Source: Hormiphora californensis (Eukaryota; Animalia; Ctenophora). Taken from it: DNA of 64,000 nt. Location: positions 6,758,001 to 6,822,000 of the forward strand of contig CM035352.1 in assembly GCA_020137815.1 (NCBI GenBank), in the 5' to 3' direction. Shown here in pieces: positions 11,006 through 23,300 of this stretch. The position numbers and the translations under genes were made by a program. Every line of letters begins with the position of its first letter. The first letter of the stretch is position 1. The notes beneath the pieces were generated by a model. The model saw only the letters and a program-made list of their open reading frames with translations, had not been told where the DNA came from and did not search any database.

Positions 11006-12097
11006 GGGGGGGGTTCAACCTAAAAATTTCCATTTCCATTTGCCAAAATCTGGGTATCGATGGAAATTTTTAGAAATTTTTAGAATTTTTTAGAAATTTT
11101 TAGAAGTTTTTAGTACTAAAAATTTCCAAAAATTTCTAAAAATTTCCAAAAATTTCCATTAATTTCCAAAAATTTCTAAAAATTTCTAAAAATTTCCAAA
11201 AATTTCCATTGACCAAGAAAAGAAAAATTAACAAAAACATGAAAATATACAAACACAGTTGTCGCAGAACTGGTTCTTTTCATTACCCCTTGTGAGCACT
11301 GAGTATCAATAAATCATTTAATAATACAGTCGGACCCCGATTTAGGGACACCCTCGGGGGAAAGGCTCTTGTCCACTAAATCGGGGTGTCCACTAAATCG
11401 GGGTCAAATAAGGTTAATTTCCTATATCGGGGAAAAAAAATCCTGTCCCTAAATCGGGGTGCCACTAAATCGGGGGCCCCTAAATCGGGGTCCAACTGTA
11501 TGTAGGTCAAAAACATCGAGATCATATATTTTTTGGCAATCCGTACAATTTCTTCAGAAATCATAGATTCATTGGCCAACTAAGGGCGTCTCGAAAACTT
11601 ATTGAAAAGTAAGTTACCAAATAGCACCAGATACTTTACATTCCTACGGACGGAATGCCTAATACCGTAGTAGATCGGGTTTCTTAGCATACAATATAGA
11701 AACTTTAAACTCTTTTTAAGCTAAATCACTGTAGATCATGGATGTAGCGTGTATAACTAACTTACTGTCGAAAACATGCAAAGATTACCTGTCATTAGCT
11801 TGGAATTGAGTTACCGACAAACTTCTAAAAATTTCTGAAAATTTCTAAAGATTTCTAAAGATTTCTAAAAATTTCTAAAAATTTCCATTAATTTCCATTT
11901 ACTAAAAACTTCCAAAAATTTCCATTGTCCATAAATTTCTAAAAATTTCTAAAAATTTCTAAAAATTTCCAAAAAATTCTAAAAATTTCCAAAAATTTCC
12001 AAAAAATTCTAAAAATTTCTAAAAATTTCCAATATAAAATTTCCATTTGCCAAAAAAGTGGGTATCAATGGAAATTTTTAGGGTTGAACCCCCCCCC
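11006..12097. mobile_element. 1.1-kb non-autonomous TIR element with polyG termini, 10-bp subterminal arrays and a 6-bp TSD
   Basis: GGGGGGGGTTCAACC(C)TAAAAATTTCCATT at both ends; (AAAATTTCYA)n arrays inside; GAAAAT at 11000-11005 and 12098-12103. Confidence 0.85.
11327..11498. mobile_element. pogo/Tc1-mariner-type MITE nested in the previous element
   Basis: TA|CAGTCGGACCCCGATTTAGGG ... CCCTAAATCGGGGTCCAACTG|TA. Confidence 0.88.
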
Positions 12098-13069
12098 GAA
12101 AATATCCGCCGATTCATCACGATGCGAAATGAGGCGATAATTGACGTTTGAGTAGTGCTAGGTCATCTTAAAAGGTCTAAAAACACGGTCTGTCGCGCAC
12201 GATTTGTTGAAAACGTGCTTTACATGGTGTGCACGTGAGTTCTTGCTGGCAGGAGCCTATTCTTCGCGGAGCGAGAATAGGTTGCAATGGAGCCAAGATT
12301 TCCGAGAGACATACTCTATAATAGACGTATTATCTACGTACTATAAGCGTATTAAAGACGTATTAACGAAAGACGTATAGTAGTGAAAAGATGGAAGAAA
12401 GTACAGGAAATTGGGCGAGACGTCTAGCTCTGTCCCCTAGTTACATGTCACGTGTTACAGACGCTGCTATTCTTGGACAGACGCGTGTAGAAAAACAATG
12501 AAAAGGGTTAGGGAAAATCGTGGCGAGAGCTCTCTCCAGCTCTCCTTGCTTGTGTACTCTACCTCCCTCTAACTCTTTTCAAATCTAATGTCTATTCTTA
12601 AACACAAGTCTTGGGCATTATCACTATCAGAAAGAAAAGGGAGAGACATGGAGCGGGAGGAGGGTGAAAAAATGGAGGGATTTTGAGAAACTGATCTCTC
12701 TCTATATAATAGGCTCGCCTTATGAGCTAATATAAATTGATTAGTTGTAATAAGATTTGAGGATGCAGCCATAGACGGAGATAGTTGGATAAGTTTTATG
12801 AATGTTTATGAACGTTTATGAATAGGTCTATTCTGAGTACAATGGCACTGGGAAACTCTTGTTTCCCCGGTTTTGCCAATGTGTATTGTAGAAGCAACAT
12901 GCTGAGAACGTGTGTGTGTCGTGTGTCGTGTACCTCCCGTACTTCCACCCACTTGCTGTCGATGGGGAGCAGCGTTCCCTTGATATCACAGCTCTCTCCT
13001 CTAGGCTACCAACACACATGGCTAGCACGAGCGCCGTGCTCGATCCCCAGGTCCGGCCCCACCAAGGTA

Positions 13070-13188
13070 AAGTGCGTTTCAAACGACTTGACCTGAGATT
13101 CCTGGAAATTCAGGATTTCCCCTTTGTAAATACACGCGCAATGCGCCAAATTCCAAGAATTACGGGTCAAGTCGCTTGAAACGGACTT
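13070..13188. mobile_element. 119-bp MITE with AAGT...ACTT ends and TA TSD (empty copy of 61257-61732)
   Basis: TA|AAGTGCGTTTCAAACGACTTGACC ... GGTCAAGTCGCTTGAAACGGACTT|TA. Confidence 0.9.
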
Positions 13189-13799
13189 TAGCACCGGGTT
13201 TCCCCGGCGCCCCCCTAGTGGTACCCTTCCATTGGAAGATACGAGTCGACAGACGAGAACTGCTTCAATGAAGAGTCTGAAGGTCAACACCAACAGCAGG
13301 CGCACCAGTACTACTGTACCAGTCTTACGGTACTGGGTTCCCCAGAATAGGTTAATTGCCGAACGATGGCACACGTTCATCATCACCACGATGAGGCACC
13401 ATTTGTGCACTACCACCTGCCTGTTTCCAGGCTTGTACCTCTAGTCGGGGTACAGTGGTAGGGTTCGGTCCATCGAGACGTCATAGCAGCTATGATCGAG
13501 TCGACCCATGTGGCGCTGTTCTTATGTTCTGCCGATCTAGCTGTGGGGGGCCAGTCCAAAGGCTAGTGGTTTGGTTTAAGATTGTGCTTTTACTAGTTGC
13601 GGATTTGCTTCTGCCGTGATGGTTTCTGCAGACCCTACCTGATGAGATCAGGGCTTTGCGAGTATGCTCTGTTAAACTACCTTGTGTATTGAGTCGTTTT
13701 GGTGGTAGCGTTGCTGAGAACGTGGTATATTTGTCTTTATGCATTGTATGCCGAATCTAATTTTGTAAACTTGTAAACTAACTAGAGAGCCCATCAAGT

Positions 13800-14030
13800 A
13801 GGCCCCCTGTCGAGTGTATCCAGTCATCGGGGGTCGGTCTGGGTATCTCTTCAGCCATTTACCAAGAAGGACTGTGATTGAGGCTAGGTCTTCCACAGTC
13901 TTCACGTTACATGGTAGGGTGTTCCAACGTCAGGCCGCTCTATAACACGCGAACCAATTGTGGTAATTCGTTGCAATAGAGACTTGTGTGGTGGTGGGGG
14001 ACGCTTAATTCATTTCAATTCCGGGTGGTA
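13800..14030 (-). mobile_element. Degenerate 3' end of a CR1/L2-group LINE ORF2
   Basis: WNTLPCNVKTVEDLASITVLLGKWLKRYPDRPPMTGY resembles the WN.LP...LD.WL..IPD.P...GY LINE C-terminus; stops are present. Confidence 0.6.
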
Positions 14031-14037
14031 ACAGTGC

Positions 14038-14226
14038 TGCTTGTAGTGAGAATACGGTGTCTGAATAATACGGTATTTGACCATTACGGTTTCTGAAATA
14101 CATATGTATTTGAAATACATATATATTTCGGTGTCACGTGTTGTCAATCTGGCGCTCTTATTGGTCCCGTCTTACCGTTTTTCACTGATACCGTGTTGAA
14201 CCGATACTGTATTCTCACTACAAGCA
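14038..14226. mobile_element. MITE with 18-bp terminal inverted repeats
   Basis: TGCTTGTAGTGAGAATAC ... GTATTCTCACTACAAGCA. Confidence 0.7.
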
Positions 14227-14924
14227 CCCATGTAAAAAGTGTGTGACTTTACTGCTAAAAACTATTCGCATACCTCAGGCCGTAAATAGTAGATATCTTG
14301 GAGTTTGGACGCGTGTGGCGTTAAAAAAGCGAGCCGGAAATCCTGAAAAGCGAAATAATTAATAATTAATTAAAAACTTCTGTTGTTTTTAATTTGTATA
14401 AATAATTAATTAAAAATGTTTTTAATGAAGCTGCACTGATTAGAACAACGCGCGCAACAGTCCGGTGATGCTGCGCGCATGAAAGCAGTGTATAAATGGA
14501 ACGTACGGGCCTTACGTTAATGATTAATCACCCGTTGTATTTTGGCTGTTTGATAGGTTTTAAACTCGTGTTTGCGTCTTATCAGGGATCCGTAATCCGC
14601 AGCCTAAGGGTAAGGGTTGCTTATAGAGTCCAGCGTCCGCCTTGGGCCGGGTTTAGATATGGCCGGGTCTGTTACTGTTAGCACGCGTCCTATCTATCCT
14701 GTCTGGCGCCGCGACCCATCTGAGCACACTGAGAATCAAATTGGGGTCTGGCGCCGCCAGACAGTATCTATCCACCTTTGATTACGGTACAACTCTCCGG
14801 AGAGAACACACATTTAATTGGTGGGGGTGGCCCGTGGAAACCGCAATTATCATTTTTATAACAGCACAACAACTCAGCAAATAACAAACAAAACGTTACC
14901 CAATCCATCCTCTTTCTCCTCTCT

Positions 14925-15037
<113 letters not shown>

Positions 15038-15039
15038 CT

Positions 15040-15079
<40 letters not shown>

Positions 15080-15409
15080 TCTGTAACAAATAAAACGTTA
15101 CCCAATCCCTCAGCTCCTCTCTCTCGATCTCTCTCTCTGTAACAAACAACATATGCCTCCTCTCTCTGTAACTAACTCCCAGTTTTTCATTATAACCGTG
15201 ATCCCACTTGTTATGTTCTAACCCTCCCTTTACATTTGTAAAGGGGCCCGAAATACACAGTCTAGCCAGGCAAGCTCCCACATGATACACACTTCATATA
15301 TTTTACACGAGAGGGAGAGAGAGAGTTCATATCTGTTTCAGCACACAGTCACTCTCCGGAGCCCGGATAATAAATTGACCACTAATTAATTGGCCCTTCC
15401 CCAGGAAGG

Positions 15410-17291
15410 CTATAAATGATTTCTCAAAATGTTCTGTCCGTGGCTCTGCATTGCCTTCACAATGTTCAAATATTGACTGTTATTGGGAAACATGGCCTGG
15501 AGTTGCTGGTTTGTTGGCATTTTGCCCGCTGCCGGGGGTAGTCTGGGGGGACCCCCTGCCGCACTGGAGGGCAGAGGGGCGAAGGAAGGTTTCATGGAGG
15601 GGTGAGGGAGGTGTGACGTAGGACTAGGGTGGGGTGGTGCCGCTGGCTGGGCTGGTTGAGGGGGACGAGCCCCTCCATTTGATCCCATGAATATAATCTC
15701 ATCATCATCCGTCTTTAACTTGCACTCGTGCTTCTTTTCTGACTTGTGCCGCCGCTGAAACAAGATAATGGAGGATAGTTTATACAGATTGATACATTGA
15801 TGGTTGTTGCATATAAAGATAAAACTACACTCTACAGCTAGGTATTCATCAATTCATCGGTTAACTGTTAGGTAACTTACAGCCATAATAGGAAAGAGTG
15901 TGTGAAATGGAAAGGGGCTCTCTCGTTTTCGCTTCTCGCCCGGCATTGGTGGCGGTTGATGTTGCTGCGACCGTTGTTGCGCTTGTTGCTGTTGCGCTTG
16001 TTGTTGTTGCGCTTGTTGTTGCTGTTGCTGTGCTTGTTGTTGCTGTTGCTGTGCTTGTTGTTGTTGCTGTTGTTGTTGGAGATGATGTTGTTGTTGTTGT
16101 TGATGAACAGCGGACAATTGTGACAAATCGTAACTCCGAGCGGCGTTTATTTGTTGTTGATGCAATTGTTGTTGAGCAGGGTTGAGGACTTGGTTCTGGA
16201 AGAATCGTGCCCACGCCTCCTGGGCCTCAGGGTTTTGTAGGTTCAACTGGTGGGCCTGGTGCCGGGCAACTAGGGCATCCCTGTTAGCTGCCTGCATTAA
16301 CTGCTCCTCTAGGAACTTTTGCTGAAAATAGAGTGTTGTTAGTTTAGGGAGATGAGCCAATGTGTAATGTGAGAAGAGGGGAGTGAGCGTTAGAAAAATC
16401 TAAAAGTTTGTCGTGATATCCTCAAAAATCATTTTCTTTGTATTCTCGTTCTCCCCCTCAGTCCTCAGTCCTCACTCCCTATGCTATACTACATGCACTA
16501 AATAGTATACCGACATCAATACATTTACCATTTCATGCAAATAGGAGATGTCTTATCTGAGAAGTTCTTAAATCGATCTCAGTGAGAACGGATGAATCTC
16601 GTTTACATGATAGAACATACCTCCGGCCCAGAACGAGCAGCTTTCAGTAACTCCTGTATCCTCTCCTCCCTTAGGTGTTGCTGTTGCTGAGCGAGTTGTT
16701 GGCGCTGCTGTTCCCGATTCAGTGCCTCGATGTGTTCCATGAGCTGCTCGTGTGCGGAACCCGCCCCTGCCCCACCACCACCTGCGGCAGCAGCAGCGGC
16801 AGCACCGTGCTGGAGGCTCTGGAGCAACTTCTGGGGAGAGGATAGAGAGGATTAGCTAGGGAGAGGATAGGGAGGATTAGCTAGGAGAGGGAGGATTATA
16901 AACTAAGAAAGCTAAAGGAAAGACAAAATTTAAAACACACATACAAAAACAACTGGATGAGAACATAAGATGCCCCAGGGCCAGTGGTTACAAACGCACA
17001 GACAATTAAGAGTTACAAACAGACAGACAGATAATTAAAAGGTCGAATGATCAGTACGTACGGCGTCTATGCCCATATGAGGCCGGACTCCCGGGAAGAT
17101 GCTTTGCTGGGGAAGGTTAGGTCTTTGTGCCATAGCCGCATGGTTAAATAGCGCTTCTGACTGCATCTGGAAAAGCGTGAAAAGTTGTGAACTTGGGAAA
17201 ATTCTGAGGTGAAAAGGGTTGTCTAACTACAGTTCTGTACCCCTCCCAACAAATCAAGGGAGAGAGTGAGTGAGAGAGAGAGAGAGGGAGA

Positions 17292-17332
<41 letters not shown>

Positions 17333-20300
17333 TGTGATCTGACTGTACCTTTTGAAGTTTAGCAGCAGCTTCATGTTGCTGGAAGATCTCCAACAACTTG
17401 GCCTGGGTGTAGTTGGGTTCTGATTTGGGTGCGGGACCCCGGAACGGGGGCATCATCGCAGCGGCTGAGCCCGGCAGTGCCATACCCGGCATACCCGCTG
17501 GCGGAATCCCAGGGAAATGGGCTGCAAACGATTCCGCCTTGATTGGAGTCCGTTCTGCCATGGCAACGGGAGTTTCCTTCTTGATTTTGTCTCGAGTTAG
17601 AAACACTAAATCTGTCCGGGTGCACCGATCCAAACCCCGGCAGGAGGGACGAGAGAAGGTACTCTGGTTAAATTTCACCGTGATGATCTTCCCCGGGTCT
17701 TCTTTCAGTTCAGGATCGTCCTCCATCGTGTCAGAATCCTCCTCCTGGTCTTCAACCTCCTCCTCTACATCGAGGGGCGCTGTCGTATCCTCCTCATCGT
17801 CTATCAATAGATCACCTAATTAGGGAGGTTAATTAGGTTAATAAGAAGTAAGTTATTTAAAGGTTAATTATTATAGTTAGGACCGACGGTGATATATGTA
17901 ATATGTACTGCCTTTATAGGACTGTTACAAAGCAGCAATCATTGTTGGTTATGCTTGGGCAGTATCTCATGAGGCTCTGAATTAATATATGTTCTATAAT
18001 ATCGAAACAAGGTTTGATTTAATTCTAGAGTCTCATAATTCATAGGGAAGAACATCTATCAATGGGGAAAACACGATGGGGCCAAGTAGCAGAAAATAAG
18101 TTCTCACCCCGATAGGGGTATCCTAAATAGTTAACAATATATCGTCACTTTTGTTCAAAACCTCGAGCAAAGAAGATATGGTGCGACTCTTTTCACGAAA
18201 ATATTTCACCAAATGTATATCAATTGGGGAAGAGTAAACCGTTGGAGCATGCATTTATACAATTTGTCACAGGTCCTACTCCCAAAGTGGGGGGGGGGGG
18301 GGGGGGGAACTGGTAGAAAATGGTAGAAAGAAATACAAACGAAACAAAAATATGTACAATGTACTTGTTTCGTTTGTAAAAGCTCCAGAAATTATATGTG
18401 GGGGAGGGGGCTGCCGCAAAAATAGGGCAGCTGAGATTCTTGCGGCAGCCCCCCATCTGTTGAGCTATTTCACCAGAATCCCCCCAGAATCCCCCAAGAT
18501 ACAAGGATAGAAAGAAATACATCGAGTTTTTAGTACGTGGTTAAGCAGATCAAGTAGTATCTAGACAGATATATTTACTAAGTGGAATGTGATATTATAC
18601 AGTCGGACCCCGATATACCGGGCCAAACCCTTTTACCCGAGCATCCCAGTAAATCGGGGTCCGACTGCAGTATACCCATATATTTGGTATCACAAAACGG
18701 AACGCATTTTTATTTTCCCTACAAGAATGGAGGAAATAATCCAATAGTTTTAATCATAACATGATTCCAATCATGATAATTTCCTTGTTTCCTAACCTGA
18801 TTCATTGAGTGTTTTATCAGGATCACTCTCAGTAGCAGGTAAGGGTGTTGTTGGAGCGGCGGGGGCAGGTGTTGTAGTTTCCTCCTTCTTTTCACTCCCC
18901 TCACTCAGAGATGACTCACAAGAGGCAGGCATCTCACCAAACCGCTTGAAATGAAGCCTACACGAGACACACAGGACCATCTTGCCGCTACCACCATATC
19001 TCCACCTTTCAGAATCTTTTGTTTTGCAGTGGTCACAGGAGAGGTCTTCTCTACCTACCAGCTCGCTGTCCTCCGCATTACTCTCTTCGGATTCGCTAGC
19101 TGTGAGAGAGTAAATTATTATTATCCGGGTAATACTAAATCAATAAAGTAAAGCAGATATGAGTCATGCATTGCATCGGATCACCCTGTAATGTGCGTCA
19201 CCCTGCGACGTGAAGCGTTTAAACTCTCAAAGTCTATTCTAAACTCTCTTCTCACCTTGGCTGTCTGATACAGATGAGGCCTGATCCGAGCTGTGATTAT
19301 CATTACTCAGTTTGTTTCGTTTTCCAAAAAGTCCATTTGTTTTCCCTCCCTTCTTCCTCTTCTCTCTGATACTCAGAGCTTCAGGGGTCATTTTCCATAA
19401 ATAATAATACTCTACAATTTCCTTTGTGTTCTTTTTGGGCAGATATTCCCGTCGAATTTTGTCGAAATGTTTCCCAAACTGCTTGATTCCCTGCTCAAAC
19501 AGCCTCTTCTCTTCTTCGGCCCATTTTAGGATGGCCCTGTTTACGAAAAAGGGAAGATTAGGGGAAGCTATACGTAGGAAACTCGCTACTTAGAGCGAAC
19601 AAAGATTGCTGTAATGAAAATAGAAAGAGGTGATTTAGGGGGGTGATTGTAAACTTACGATTTCTGTGCAGGGAGGGCGACCATGCCCGCTATCGCTTCC
19701 TCTGACTTGTAACCACTATTGTGTAGTAGGTTCAGGGCATCAAAGGCAGCTGTATCATTAAAAGATACCTTGATTCCCTTCTCCATTGAACCGCCGTTAC
19801 ATATCCCCGCAAAGGCTGCTACACTTCTAAAGATGGTGGGAGGAAATGGTGTTACAGAGTGTTCAAAAACCTTGCATCTAAAATATATGACCATATATGG
19901 TTAAAATCGTCCTGCCAGCCAATGTGTAACAAGTACTGCAATCTAAATTAGTAGTCACATACCTTGAAACCCGGATGTACTGTTTGAGATCTTTGTCACT
20001 CAGCTGTCCCGGTATCCAGCACTAGAGGGAGAGGAGAGGAGAGGTTAAAACAAACGATATTAAAAAATTAACAGGGAACAAACAGAAGAGGGAGAGATAG
20101 GAGAGATCTTGCAGGAGAGATAAAGATTGAAAACAGGGAAAAAGCAATACATGCCTCTTTTGCAGAGAAGAAATAAAACAAAAACGCCCACCACAGAGTC
20201 ATAAAATAGAGAAGGAGAGAGAGAAAAAGTGAGAGAGAGAGATTGAGATTATAAAATGCTTTACATTACGCAAAGCTTGGTTATATAGCATTGAACTGCG

Positions 20301-23300
20301 AAAAACTTTGACGTAAAGACATTTCAAGTGGTTGCAGCGGAAGAAATATTGCCCCTGGTGTAGCAGTTGTACGACAAAATGTACAACAACAAGTATACCG
20401 ATAACTGCAGATGTAGGAAAATGCTAATTAATCGAATAATTATTGGATGCTTAACCGAATAATAAATGATAATACCATAGCTGGAGTATATTACACTAGG
20501 AAAGATGAATAGCTGGAAATATAGTGAGAAAGGGATAAACTGTAGAATTGGGGGGTTGTGAGTGTGATACGCTTAATTAGACGGGCACCCCATGACAATT
20601 TGCAAAAAGTGAAGAGAAGTGGGGGAAGGAGAGGAAGAAGAGAGAGAGTGGTAGGAGTTGGGGGAGGAGAGGAGAGAGAACCCGGGGTTTTGGGGGAGGG
20701 AAAAAAATTTAAAAATTTGGAAAAACCCCACACCAAGGGGAAAGGAAAAAAATAGAGCGACAATAATGATACCTGGGGGTGAAATAATATCAGACCTCCT
20801 TAGTTATTTTTAAAAACGGCCAACAAGACCCCCCCCCAAAATGACGGTAGGGGAAAAAAAGACAGGGAAAAATTTTTAAAACCCAAACAAGAAAGAATTG
20901 AAAAGGAAAAAAAACTGTATTTTTATCTTTCGAAGGCTCGGGACAGGTATGGGAAGCACGGTAAAAAGGGAAAAAAAAGAGAAAGAGAAAAAAGAGAAGA
21001 GAGAGGAAGAAAAAAAGAATTAGGAAGAGAGAGAAAGGAGAGAGAAGTAAAAAAGTGTTTTACCCAGAAGGAGCATGTTTACTCACATTTGTTATGCTGT
21101 GAAAGAAACTCATCTCGTCGTAAATTAAAAAACGCCCACATACTCTTTCCCCCCCCCTCTTCTCTCTTTTTCCTCTTCCCCCCCTCCCTCCTCTCTCTCC
21201 CTCTCTCCTCTCTCTCTCTCCTCTCTCTCTCTCTCCTCCTCCTCCTCTCTCTCCTCTTTTCCTTTTCTCTCTTCTTTGCTCTCTCTCCTTCTTTTCTCTC
21301 CTCTCTCCCCCTTTCCCTATTGTTTCTCCCCCTCTGTTTGGAAGAAAAAAGGGGTCTCCTCCCTTCTCTCCCCAAGATCAAAAAAAGCGTGTTTTTAAAC
21401 ACTAATAAAAGCAGTCACTTTTTCCACTCCACATCGCTGGATGGAGACTGGAGACAAAGCAAAACATAGAAGGTCGGAAAGTGATGAACATGTTTAAAAA
21501 CTGGAAAATATCGATTGAGAGGGATTTAAAAAGGGAGTATCTAGAAGACACGGTACATGACAAATATTATGCCACCAGTAATTTGACAAGCTAGTTTAAA
21601 AAGCGATTAAATCACTCTCTCGTGATACAGCTATCTCCTATAACGGAGGTGCAGTGGATAATAACAAACCAGTAGCAGCAGTGGGCGTTAATCTAGAAGT
21701 GGGATGTGTTTGGGCGAGAGAGAGAGAGAGAGAGAAGAGAGAGAGAGAAGAGAGAGAGAGAGAGGAGAGAGAAATGAGAGAAAAGGAAATAGAATCATAA
21801 ACCGGTACATTTAACCAAGATAGTGAAAAGAAAGACTTACTTTTGAGTGAAAGGACAAAGAGAGATGGGGAACTTTTGGGTGACTGTGAAAATGAATTAT
21901 GAGTATGTGTGTGGGCGAGGAATAAAGAACAAACACACCAGAGAAGATGGAAGAACGAAAGAGAAGAAAGAGAAGAGAAAGAGAAAGAGAGAGAACGAAG
22001 AATAGATTTGAAGAAGAGAGGAAGGGGATAAGAAGAAGGGACGACTGTTAAGTGTCCTGTAATAGTGTAATGAACTTTAAGATGCACAAATCCAATGAAA
22101 AGGGGTGTGGATGTTTGGGGTGAGAGATGGAGGAGAGGAAGGGGAGAGAAAGAGAGGAAAGGCCGAACCGANNNNNNNNNNNNNNNNNNNNNNNNNNNNN
22201 NNNNNNNNNNNNNNNNNNNNNNNNNNNNNNNNNNNNNNNNNNNNNNNNNNNNNNNNNNNNNNNNNNNNNNNTAAAACCAAAAAAAAATGTTGGGGGAGGG
22301 TTTTTGGATCTACTTTTTGCGGCATTTTGTTGTTGTTTTCCAAATTAAAACCTGTTTTCAAAAAAAAAATTTGGGAATTAAATTTCAAAATGGTTTTTTT
22401 TTAAAAATTTTTAAACTGATACAGAAAAAGGAACAGAAAAGCATTTTTTTTCAGGGGTAAAAGGGCGGAAAATTGAGAGGGTAAAAGGGGTCGGGGCGAC
22501 TTAAAATAACCCTGTTTTAAACAGGTGAGAAGGAAGGCTGAAATCGAAAAAGGGGGTGAGAGTGTATAACCCGGGTAATTATCGGGTTTGACGTGAAAAA
22601 TTGAAGGGGTTGGGCCCGAGGGGATATACTGCACGTGCAAATTGAAGATGATATAAGGGGCGAGTGGGTTGATAAGTGCATTGAGGTTAGTCCTCGTGGG
22701 GAAGGGGGAGAAGGGAGTGGGCATTAGAATGGACGAGCAGTCTAGTTAAACGGCTTTCTAAAATATTGACATACAAAATTTATGTACGAAAGATTATGAA
22801 ATGGGCGCTTCAGTCAAATATTATCAGGGGGATTAGTACCGCGATAAAAATAACACACACGCCTTTAAAAAAAGAGGAGAAGAGAGGGAGGAGAAAAAAA
22901 AAGGGGGAGGGGGGAGAGAGGAGGACTACGAAATTTTAGAGCTAGCACAGGAAACGGCCAAACGCAATTTAAAGGCGGGCCCAGCAGTGATGTGTATATT
23001 TTTCTCTCGCCTCTCTCATTTCCTCTCTTTCGTCTCCACTCCCCTTTTCATCTCATACGTTCGACATGCGCAATGAATATTCCGCACTGCATTGCCCTAC
23101 TACCAACTCCAAAAATGCAATTCTAGTGAATACATATTCAACTCTTTTTCGTTCTCTGTGCTTTTCTCTGTTCTGTTCTAGTCTCTCTGTCCCTCTAGCT
23201 CCCTCCCCTTCTCTCTCTCTCTCTCTCTCTTTCTCCCCTCTATCTCCAAAATTTTTCTTTGTACCAGTATATGCGACTGGAAACAGAGTTTAACTTCTCT

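Noticed and set aside
12818-13750. Cluster of overlapping short ORFs
   Set aside because: No recognisable domain; interrupted by a MITE and stops; probably decayed sequence.
17041-17170. GC-rich stretch that looked like a structured RNA
   Set aside because: It is an in-phase RERE exon (17062-17166).
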